Of a DNA stretch of 64,000 bases, positions 53,147-64,000 are shown one piece after another. The position numbers and the translations under genes are program-made. Positions within the stretch are counted from its first letter, which is position 1. Every line of letters begins with the position of its first letter. The notes under the pieces were generated by a model. The model worked only from the letters and a program-made list of their open reading frames with translations. It did no database searches and was not told the DNA's origin. Source of the stretch: Trichosphaerium sp. ATCC 40318 (taxonomy: Eukaryota > Protista > Tubulinea); contig JALMLS010000216.1 of assembly GCA_038496445.1 (NCBI GenBank), positions 1 through 64,000 on the forward strand, written 5' to 3'.

Positions 53147-53422
53147 TAGACGTGGTCGCTAACCGGCTATAGCCGGTTAGCCGTTTAAGTTTTTGGGACG
53201 GCTATAATCGGCTAAGAAAAGTAAGAGAAAACGCAAACCTTTTTTCTATGTACAACAAACGTATTTCAAAGCCATTGAGAGCATGTAGAACTTAAAAAAA
53301 GCATGTGGTGCCGTGGTACACCAACAAAATATCACATATTTAAAGGGTTAGCCCATTTTGTTGCTGAGTTTCTTAGCTATAGGCCAGAAGGCTACGGATT
53401 TTTATAGCCAGACCACGACTTA
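53147..53422. mobile_element. Non-autonomous hAT-like MITE (~276 bp)
   Basis: Imperfect TIRs TAGACGTGGTC / GACCACGACTTA; direct repeat TCTGTACA at 53139-53146 and 53423-53430; 24-bp palindrome at 53158-53181. Confidence 0.8.
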
Positions 53423-53521
53423 TCTGTACACTGTAGTTATTGTCATTATTAAAATCAATTGAAACCATGTAGAACTGACTACTATCAACTTGTATTAAGC
53501 GTACTAATAGTACTGCGTTAG

Positions 53522-53601
53522 AAATTACTATTAGTAATTTTAGTTAATAAGCATAAAATTATGAGATTTCTCAGGTTAGAAAACTCATAACTTTATGCTT
53601 A
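53522..53601. repeat. Adjacent AT-rich inverted repeats
   Basis: AAATTACTA-T-TAGTAATTT (53522-53540); 24-bp arms with two mismatches at 53548-53571 and 53578-53601. Confidence 0.8.
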
Positions 53602-54014
53602 GCTTGCCACGTTAATAAAATCCGACGTACCCGACACATGACTTTTTAATCAAAATAGTGTTGAAAGCACCTTTTAACGTGGTTTATATCTTTTGGGTAA
53701 TACCCAGTGCTTAGTTTTCCGAATGCATAGCCTTCATAATCTACATTATATGATACTGGTGTTGCTGATTAACCAATAAACAATATTATTACGACAACTT
53801 TTTGGTATGACGTTTAATGTTTGTGTACTCGCTTTATCGATCACAATGTCTTGATCATTACTCCCTACATATTAAAATACAGCGCAGCAAAGTAATTGGT
53901 ATTATCAGGAAAGCTGTAGGTAGCACTTAGCCTAAAACTGCAAAGGAACTTTTTTACTGCATAAAAACATTGCCTCATCCAAACCAGTAATTAGTAATTT
54001 ATTTGAAACGCCTG

Positions 54015-55483
54015 ATGAAAGCACCACGTGCCCTGCATGCACTCGTCCTATTTTCTATATTATTAAACAGCAATGGAGCTGTTATTGATCCGTATACAGC
54101 AACCCAAGGGCTTTCAATCCGATCAGTGGAAGACAGTGCTTCAAATGCTATTTCAACCTCATCAGTGGCTGGTGGAAGGCGTCGGTTTAACCTACATTGG
54201 ACAGCTATCGATAATATGGCAACATCTGAAAACAGCTGCTCAATCAACAAAGATAGCTCACGAGCCTTGGAAGTAAGGTCAATTGATAATTCAGAAAATA
54301 CTACATGCGAGATTATTTATAATGGAAATTTCTATCCTCCCGTAGACCTTGGTACAAACGGCCGTAGTACGCTTATATCAAACAAAAATAAGTTAATCTC
54401 TTCTCTGATATGGCTTTTAAAGGTTGTTATAGCTTTCACGTCACAGAGAATACAAAACCTTTTCAAGTATCTGCAAAATTTAGAGATTCGAACACAGGTC
54501 AATATATTGTTTTTCAGACGAACAACTCTGTATCAGAACTCCATAATCAGGCAACAGGGGGTATTGATGTATGTCTACCTTATGGAGATAATATAAGACA
54601 ACTTAGAGCGGTAGATTACATTGAACATACAGTGTCAACAGAATCGGAAGGTGAAATTACAATTGACTACATATGTCCCATTCCAGTGGTATCATGCTGG
54701 CATGTGTCACATGCGACAATGTCTTTAATTTTTAAGCTCTTTATTAGGCATAGCTATAGACCTCTTGACGGAGCAAACCTTAATTCCCTGGAAATTGGGG
54801 ATAGACTAGAAGTAACACTTGGCTGTAGAAACTACAAGTCTTTTGATGCTGAAGCCTTGTTGATTAATGCTGTCACTCAATTTAATGGCGTAGTCCTTAA
54901 TACAGAACAAAGGGACCAGATTGTCAAACAAGTTATAGTGTTGGTATCAGGACCATGATTTTGTTTTATGGTCTTCTCGATGACACCGAAAAAGTCTGTA
55001 AGTTTAATTTAGTCGCTGTACAAAATGGTATCTCAGAGATTGGTACAATAATTATGGTTAGAGATGTGGAAAATCGTGAGACAGATTTAAGATCAAACGA
55101 AGGATTGTCATTGTACGTGTTCAGCTGCATGGGTTTTGTTTGAGTGTAAAATAACTCACGATAGGCACGGTACAAGAGAGTTCTGCGAAGAGCCAAAACG
55201 ATCGTATGTTTTTGTAGGTGTACCCATTGTACCTCCTACTACAAACCCTCCAACCACCTATCCACCGAAACCACCAACAACCGCACCGCCAACCACACTT
55301 GAGCCTGTGACAGCACCTCCGACAACACTTGAACCTGTCACAGCTCCTCCGACAACCGCATTACCAACAACATTAGAACCTGTGACAGATCTTCCGCCTG
55401 CATCACAAAATTCTTCATTACCACCAGCGTATATTGGCAAAGACAGAAAAAAACCTTGTAAGAGACGACTGTCGCAACAATAA
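54015..55483 (+). CDS. Secreted protein with C-terminal Pro/Thr repeats
   Basis: Signal peptide MKAPRALHALVLFSILL; several spliced exons; three TTLEPVT repeats at ~55290-55390. The 3' end is uncertain. Confidence 0.7.
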
Positions 55484-55858
55484 ATACCGCAATTATTTAT
55501 GTACTGATTTTTCTACATTACCAAACACATTCACCTCCACATTCGCCAGATCCAACAACTACAAAAACAAAACTGTCCAAGTGCAACATCATCAATGACT
55601 ACCAACTAAACCTATTTATCTCTGAATGTAATAATATATCATATCTAAGTGAACAAGGCTTGTGGCGCTATCTTACCCTAAACTAACAAAAACTATCGTA
55701 TCTATTAACTAAAATTATTAACTCATTTCCGCTAGTGAGATGCAAACCTCACAATAACAAACTACTTTCCTATTTTATTCTCGGAAAAACAAAACATCAA
55801 AGTCTTTAAGGAGTGCGTGGTGTTTAACTTAGTTTATTGTCAACATAAAAAAACAGAT

Positions 55859-58800
55859 TTAGGAAGGAATGGTTACAATTGCTACAGTTGCTACATCTTT
55901 ACTTTTGCACAACCTTACTATGCAAGATTTTTCTAGCTCACGCTCAGGTCGACCATAATCAGTGTAGATTTTTACTAAAACCTCTGTCTCTACCTTCTCT
56001 TCTTTTGGTGCGTAAAATAGCTTTACAGATACATAATAATCACCAGGCATAGCATCACGTAGTACAAATTCTTCAGGACCTACCACAACGTCAAAAAAAA
56101 CCAGTAAAGTGAACAAGACCAACTATTGTGATTGGTGGATGTCATCAAATAAAATTCACTTTGTAGGCGTACCAAATCCCTGACTGACATCTCTGGACAT
56201 GTATCCACCAATATCAGTCTTGTTATGCATAGCATAACACTCTTCATCATTAGGATCGCTAAAAAAACCCCGATAAGTTTCTTGTAAAACTACAACAAAA
56301 TCCCCAACGCACTGAATGTGAAGTTCGACATCGGCTTGTTCCCTATCCCATTGAACAACAACACGTAGGTCTACATCTAAAGGACGTATGTACTCTTCTG
56401 GAATCAAAGGCTAAAGAAACATATAAGCTCAAAGAGCAAACAAACAATGACCAATTAAAACACAAATTTCTTGGCAAGAAAGGGCTAAAGATTATAGTCT
56501 CAATGGCAACCCCCGAAAAACCAAAGAACGAGAAGTACTCAGAGAAACTTACCACAAGATCTTTTGTTAAACCATCAAAAACAATAAAATTCGCTAGTCT
56601 GTTCAAGTCCATCAAAGCAATAACTTCGATTTGTGCATACCTAGGTATCAATATGAGCTTTTTTTATAACTACAATAGCAGTATAAAGGTTATTGAACTT
56701 ACTGTTTTGGCCATTGGCCATGTAATATCTTTAAAAGACATTCTATTGCTTCCTTGTAGCATGCAATAACCTCTTTTTTTGTATCACCTTCTTGTAACAC
56801 ATATAACTTGCCTCTCTTAGCAAGTGCTACAGCAACGCTGTATAGTGCCTTTATAAGACAAAATCTGTTAGTACACAGACATAATCACGTGCTGTTCTTA
56901 GAAATTACAAAGCTGATACGGCAACTTACTTGAGGCTCATTTGGACGCAAAGTGGCGATATGTCTTAGCATATTAAGTGATAGTTCACCTACGTCATCTA
57001 CTGGTTCTTGCTCTTCCAATACATAACTCATCATGCGTAGCAGCTTCAGGTCTTCGAACTGTAGTTCAGCTACATTAGAAAGCACTTTAAGTGCTATGAT
57101 GGGTTGTTGTATTTGGAAGAAGTGTAACGCTATATTCATAAAGAACCAAGGGTCACTTGCTAGCTCTGGACGTTTACGAAGTTCTAAATATGCAGCATAT
57201 TCAGGTAACCATATTTTACCATCTAGTTCCTTCATATAAGGCTCATCAGATTCCCAAGGCTAAGAGAATAAGAAAACACAATCCAAAAAGAAAGGGTAAC
57301 AAATACAATGTTTAAAATCACACGTACGATAACTTTAATGTTTGGCATGCCTGCCTCCGGCTCATCACGTGTAAGGGACCCGTAGTAGTCCTGTTTGAGG
57401 TTAGATGTTATCATTTGCAATTATAATCACCTGTGGAGCACGTTTGTAATTAATAATATTGTATTCTATTTGCTTGACATTTGTATTTCTTGTTCTTTTA
57501 GCGTTACCCTGAACAAGAATTTTCAAAAGTGCTTCGCGGAACTAGTAGGTATGTCAATACTACTTGCTAAATCTACTTGACGTTGTTCATTTGGCGTACC
57601 TTCTTGGGGTAGAGAGTTGCAGATACATCATCATCAATTTGTTCTAAAATGAAGTCATTCTCTGCTCCAAACTAGTTTACTAGCATACCTTCTACCATTT
57701 CTAGTACTCGTACCACACCATTTTGAGGTGATACTTTGACTTTATCAAAAACAAGCACAAGATCGGTTAGCTCATTCAGCATACCGGCGCCAACCACATT
57801 TCTTAGAAAAGTCAGAATTGCAAACAAAGTTACTTACTCACCTTAACAAAGTGGTGATGATCATCATGCGTAGGTATACGGAATAGTTTGCAGCATGCAT
57901 AGCGAGTATGAGGTCCTCTATTTCCCTGGAAATTGCTTCTCTAACCTAAATAGAGTAATTATTAAAAGTCCACAAAGGTAATCTAAGTACGTACAGCTGC
58001 AGGTACAAGTGCAGATAATTCGTTGAACTCATCTAATAGTTCGTTCAAGTCTTTCTCATCAATATCATCTATTGTAGACATTAAGACAGGTTAACTACAA
58101 TCAAAGAGTTTACCTTTATCGCTAGCAAGAAGACTCTTAACCAGCTTTGTCTCATCGTCGTCAAGATCAGCAGCATCAAATTTATCAGCATAACATTGAA
58201 CACCACCAAGATGTATATCATACTCTTGTGCTGAGTCATCGTAGACTACTGATGATACCCCAAGTTCTAAAAGATCTAGTGAGTGAAATAGTATATTTGA
58301 TGTAGCATACCTTCTTCATCAGGTATAACAACACCAGAATGGAATATTTCAGCAGCTGATGTTTTCTCTTTAGCTGGTTTTTTCTCCATCATCAAGTCCG
58401 CAATAACACCTTTTTCTCACGATTAGAAAAGAGAGTATTACAAATTCGAATACAAGTTACCTGAAGAAAAATTTTGCTTTGCAGCCACAGATGCAGCGTC
58501 CAACCTCATCTTTAGGGTCTCTGTGAACTACAATATATTAAACTATAGATATCACCAGTATTATTAATGTACGTTTTTACTTGAATCACGTGCAACGTCA
58601 TTAGCAGTGCGCAACACAATACCCTAAAAAACACGTTTAAGAAGAAATCTCCTTACTAAAAAGCAACAAAATCCGACTCACCTCTGGACTGTTTAGAATA
58701 TCAACTTGACCTTTGCTGAATTCAAAGTACAAGCTTCCCAATGCGTTCAATGTATCTGCATCAACTTTATTCTCACATAATGCAAGCGCAGTCTCAGCTC

Positions 58801-61773
58801 TTGATCGAGCTGATAATCCCATATCTTGCATGTCTTGCATTAAATCTTCAAGCTCCAACGAAGTTTCTATTAAGAACATACTTAGGCTTGTAAAGCTGAT
58901 GGATAATTTACCTTCTGGTACTGAACTTATTGCAGTACTAAGCCTTTCTTGTAGCTCATCATAAGACACCAGTCTGAAGCAATTCACACGACCCTTTCCG
59001 GATTCACGCAGAGTATCTAATTCGACAGCACGTTCCTTTTGTATTTTCTCTGTCAGGCTTAGCATATTCTTGCTAATTTTGTTCTCTGACTCCCTAGTAA
59101 TGGATTAGTGATTAGTCTTTATCAAAAGGAAACATAGGAAATTTGCAAAATCACTAACCTGTAAGCTTCCCATTGTTTTGCAAGAGCATCATTTACACTT
59201 TTCTCTTGGGGTAATTGTTTACCAATTGCATAGAAATGTGTACTAAATTCTTCTATGTTCTCTTGAAGCCTTTGATCATTACTCCACCATTTGGAACGTC
59301 TAAACGATCATCAATCAATCAAACAAAACTATTTCAATGTACGGTTACCTCTTTAGTAAGTCCTTCAAATAAGTTTTTTTAGCCTCATCAGCTGTTTCTT
59401 GTCCTTTCCTGCCTTTTTGAACCTCTAAGTATTTCTTTCTAATATCTCGAAGGCTCATAGGTGGCTCTACATTGTCTTGAAGTGTCAAGGTAATAAAAAA
59501 TGTACCAAACACAAAAGAAATTGAGGATACGTTTCAAAAACTCGTCTAACGTTGACATCACCTTAAAATAAGTTACAGGCGTCTCCAGACTATATTTTAC
59601 GCCAATCTAAACGACAATGCATAAGAATCAAAGATAACATCCAATTTTGCAACGTACACTCTTCAAAGCATCAATACTTGGTCTGTCTTTAAGTAGTAAA
59701 TCTTCAATCTTTGCACGTGCCCAAGCACATGCAACTACTTTACCACGTTGTTTATTTGCCGTATCAATGTTATACTTTTTCTCAAGTATCACCTTATCGC
59801 CGTAACCAAATTTCTACGTACAAGAATTGGTTGTCATGAGATAAAGTAAAGTGCGTACTGTGACTAAAACGCCCTTTGAGTTAGGTTTAACATGTCCAGA
59901 AAGGCTAAATGACCCAGCAGAGAGAGGCGTCCAACCAGAAGGAGAAATTTCGCTAAATGAATCACCTTCCCAACTTGCACTTATGAACGCAAATTGTGGA
60001 ACACCAATTGTGTCAACAATGTCTGGAATATCTAAAATATCTGATAGTCTAAAATATTTACCACCGCTTTTCTTAGCTGAACACAATTAGACAAAACAAT
60101 CTACTTTATCTATCTCACAAATTCCTTACCCCATACTTGTAATATAGTCTTATTAGCAAGTGCTGACGATGAGATTACATAAACAGGAGCCATAAATTCT
60201 CTACAAAGTATTAAGTACACGCAAAGTGAAGGTTTGTGACGCACTTTGGTATTGATTCTGCGCCAAGAGAATCCAAGCCATCAGTAAAAAGTAGAAAGTA
60301 GTCGTATTCACTGCAGACTTCCTTATTTGCTACCATATCACATACTCCACTAAAGGATGTACCACCATCATAGTCGATCTACATGTTAGTCTGAGCAACG
60401 ACTGTCGAAGAATCGGAAAAGCACGTGTAAAAAACACTTACTGCGCCAAGTCTGCTCATTAGCTCACTACAGTCTCCGTCTTTTACTTCATATGTCATCA
60501 AGTCGTCTACATCATTGCTAAAGCTGACTAGATCAACAGTAACATTTTTAAGCTTTCGGTATAGTTAGTATGCTGAAAAAAAAACGTGTTAAAAAAAATT
60601 GTGTGTACCCTCTGTAAAATTTTGTAAAGTGCTCTTATTTCTAATAGTTGATTATCACTGCGCGAATATGATGCATCCCATAGAATACACACTTTGTTGG
60701 TGGGTTTTTGAATAGTGTTTGGATCGGTCTGGAGTTCATTTTAGGCTTGAGAATGAAGGATATAGCGCACGTTATCATCAATGGTGTCAGATATCGCAAA
60801 ATAAGATCCTTCTCGTGAACTCTCTACCATGCAAGTCTGTGTAAACTCTTTTATACGTATCTTTAGACCTTTAGCAACATTCTTATCTCTTGCTTCAAAA
60901 CTGGATATGTATCTATTCAAAGAAATCCATTAAAAGATTCAACATCAAAAAAAACCAAGTTGCTGAACTTCAAAATTCGTCTTACGTTTTGAAGTCTCCT
61001 TTGGTTGCCCCAAGCTCCATTGCATCTGAGCCGAAATCTGATGTGAGAGTAGGTAATGCAGCCCCTTGAACAGACGCTTTTACCTTCGAAAGTGTCAGAA
61101 TGCCACAAAAAAGTCAGAATTTCTGCTTTAGGATTTTAATGTCTGTCAAGCAACAATTCTGAATATGTGCCATTGTAGGACTTGTTATTCACTCTAGTTC
61201 AAAATAACGTACTAGAATTTTGTAGTTGCTCAACGGTTTGTCGTAGTTCAACGGAAGCAAAAACATGGCACCAGAGCCAGCACGCTTTAGTTCTTCGTGT
61301 ATTGTCACAGATACTTGTTTGACCTGTTTTGGGTTGAATACAACTCTTCGTGTCCATACAGCGCCGACAGCCTCTTCTGCAGCGGATGTAAAAGCGTTTC
61401 GCTTCAATTGTGATTTGTAGCGAACTTGCGCTCTCTCTTTCTAAAAACTGACTAAGGTTGGAAATAGCGCGTACTACGTACTGCTACTACGACAGACTCG
61501 ACCATTTTGCCTTTTTCGCCTATTGCGTACGAAACAACACTTGCGCCTTCGTTTAGCGGTACAGAAAGCTATAATCCATGGTTTAGAGCTTTTTGGGCCA
61601 AGTATCAACTTTCCGTGTAGTACCTCGCTTTGGGACTCTATTTCCGCTTCATTTTGGAACAAAGCCGTTATAGTAGTGCTAGAAATGAAACCGTTTATTG
61701 TAACATTAACATCTAGCTCTAACAAACGCGCTAGTGTATTACTAGGCAGCAATACGCAATTAACCGCCTCCAT
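55859..61773 (-). CDS. VIT - vWA - helical/TPR-like - DUF2135 (YfaP-like) protein
   Basis: VIT (LDVNVTINGFISSTTITALFQN); vWA (ILWDASYS, YDGGT, LFTDG); C-terminal DLRVVVQWD...DVELH...GGYMSRDVSQGFGPEEF...PGDYYV. Confidence 0.82.
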
Positions 61774-62124
61774 TGACGCCAGTGGTGCTCAAACTATTGT
61801 ACTCGTTGACTGTAAGTGTGCTTTAAACGCAAAAATGGAACATTTTTTTAATCTTGCCATACCTCATCATAAGCATTAACACGCGTATGTGTAACCACTC
61901 TTTGTATAATTTCTCGCAAATATTTATGTACAACATAATAAAATTAAAATTCATAAAAAACTATCTCTTTTTTGCACACGGTCAATTAATCCGTTGAAGG
62001 AGTGCCTAGGGTGCAACATTAACAACCAGAAAGAGTATCAAAGTCAGAATAAATACCAAATAAAACATACAAACTACATAATATGTACACAAAATGACCC
62101 TTCTAGCGGCCACAACTTAATTGA

Positions 62125-63776
62125 TTAAAAGTCCACCGTACCACTTCTATCATCACGTAAACCATTTCTTAATATAATAATCTTATGACCAAGTTCTTGA
62201 GCCTTCTCATAAATCGTCCGTACGCAATCCTTACGCTTCAAAAAACCATAGAAAACTAACGTCTAAATCTCTTTTTAGTATCACAATCTTCATATCTACG
62301 CACCTGGCCACTACGTAAAACTAGCTCTGCTGATTGTTTAAAAGTGCCTCCAAGTAAGAGAGTTTTATCAATCTTATTTATACTCAAAATATCCTTCAAT
62401 TTAATTGCAGCATCAAAGCAAATGTAATTTGACGTTATGTGTAAATAACTCAACACAACTCCTTTCCAACATGTAAACGCTAGTATTAAATCAATAAAAA
62501 ACGTGACATAATGTAAAGAGTTAGACCAAGTACATGTAACAATAAGTTCATCTTTTGGAAGTCCATACTTTGCATGTAGTCTCTAATCAAAATTGTTTGA
62601 GATATAACTTATGACTAAACTACTTGTTCCAATACTTACGCTACTTGTTCGTCCTCTTGTTTGAGTTGATGTCGTATCAACCGCTTCTTCTTCTGCCTTT
62701 TCATCATTTGCTTGTTGTAATCTCTCAATTTGACGTGCCAAGTTTCCTATTACTTCTTTTGACGCCTACAAACACTATTAAAACAACAGATATCTATTAA
62801 CCTCTCTCTTTCATTTACTATATCGTACTGCGTATTTATCTTCAAGCTACAAATAATTAATACAAACTGTATGGATCAGAAACTTAATTTTCTGAAAAAT
62901 GTCATTTTGTAGTTTTGACACATTGCAAGTGTCACAAGGAGTATTTTTTGGTTTACGTTGAAAATATGTGTTACCTCCTCTTTATTAGCCCTTAAATCCG
63001 CATTTGACATGTCAAGAGTAAATACTTCTTTTTTAAGCTTTTCTACACTCTGTTTAAGCTCCTCTGTCTTTTTTTGTTCTGCGTATAGATCTTCACCAAG
63101 TTCGGTTTTTTCTACTTTAAGCTTATCATTTTCACTTGAGAGTTTTGCCTTTTCTGCAGCGAATTGTTGTTGTAGAGCTTCCAATTTCTATCAAAAACGC
63201 GTTAGTGCTTTAATAATTGTCATAACGCGTACAGCTACTGTAGATTCGAATTGTTCGGCAACTTTGTTCATTATCACGTTGTCGTTTGGTTTTTCTTTAG
63301 CTGCTGGAACCGCGTCTTTACGCTCGGACTGATTTCCTTTCGGTGCTTGATCCAACTGCTGCCTTAATTTTGCGATAGTCTGTTTTTGCTCCTGCGATGT
63401 AGCAAATAATTGTTGGTACTCTGGCATTGAATATATGTCTACAGCTCCAGTTTTGTTGTCTACGGGTAATCATTAATTTCAGTTTGTTTTTTTGACGTTA
63501 TTGTTAGCGTACCTAACAAAACAGCTGAAAAAGCTTGTTTTTTCCAATTTGTGAGCTCTTTGCGTAGCGTTTCCAATTCTGCGGCGTGTTTTGCTTTTTG
63601 TCCAGCGAAACGCTTTTCATTCTCTTTTAGAACCTAACGGTATATTAACATCAAATAATAGGAGCTAAATAAGCACTTGCCTGTTTTAATGAGTCATTTT
63701 GCCTTTTAAACGCCTCTAGTTCCTCAGTTTTGGCACGCAGCTCGCTCGGATTATTACGTCCGCGTAGTAAATCCAT
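62125..63776 (-). CDS. Coiled-coil protein with C-terminal GRAM-like domain
   Basis: Long heptad-rich region; YGLPKDELIV...FTC...YLHITSNYICF...IKLKDILSINK. Confidence 0.72.
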
Positions 63777-64000
63777 TGATTGCTGTTTACATTGTATAAG
63801 AAGAAAGAAAAAAATTGATTTGTCAAATGTGTCATAATAAATGACTTAGGTGTCGTCAATAACGACTTCTTTTGCATTGAAGGGTGTATTTATTAACATA
63901 TGAAAGGGCCTGGAGGTAGTGAGGCGCCTGCAACATTCCATAACCAACCATCAACTGTTCCAGCTGACACCTTTCAAAAAAATTTAGTAATGCTCCCTTG

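Noticed and set aside
56757-56811. Additional GC-AG intron in the VIT gene
   Set aside because: The frame reads through openly (RGKLYVLQEG...YKEAIE), so no intron is needed.
1-64000. Alternative genetic code (stop reassignment) to explain the fragmented ORFs
   Set aside because: Short introns explain nearly all stops, and TAA, TAG and TGA all end conserved genes correctly.

Overview
Gene-dense, AT-rich eukaryotic nuclear DNA, probably from an amoebozoan-like protist (inferred from the RWP-RK factor, the cAR-like GPCR and the cNMP/PP2C fusion). Genes are split by many ~40-55 nt spliceosomal introns, so the ORF track shows only fragments; I rebuilt models by hand and coordinates are first-to-last codon spans. 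Recognisable genes: AHSA1, XRCC4, ATG6/Beclin, CDC7, SPG21, DNAJC3, TRM10, an AlkB-family dioxygenase, a GH53 galactanase, DUF1348 and a VIT-vWA-DUF2135 protein. Main points of interest: (1) a spliced, apparently non-coding transcript (~24.8-26.2 kb, - strand) whose four enlarged introns each hold a box C/D snoRNA candidate; (2) a transposon-like element (1-3269) whose gene has long T-rich introns sharing a GACCGCGAGCTCGCGGTC palindrome module, CpG-depleted exons and an end made of inverted TTAGGG repeats; (3) at least eight GC-AG introns; (4) a hAT-like MITE with an intact target-site duplication; (5) several disabled genes, including a BMT5-like gene with one in-frame TAA.
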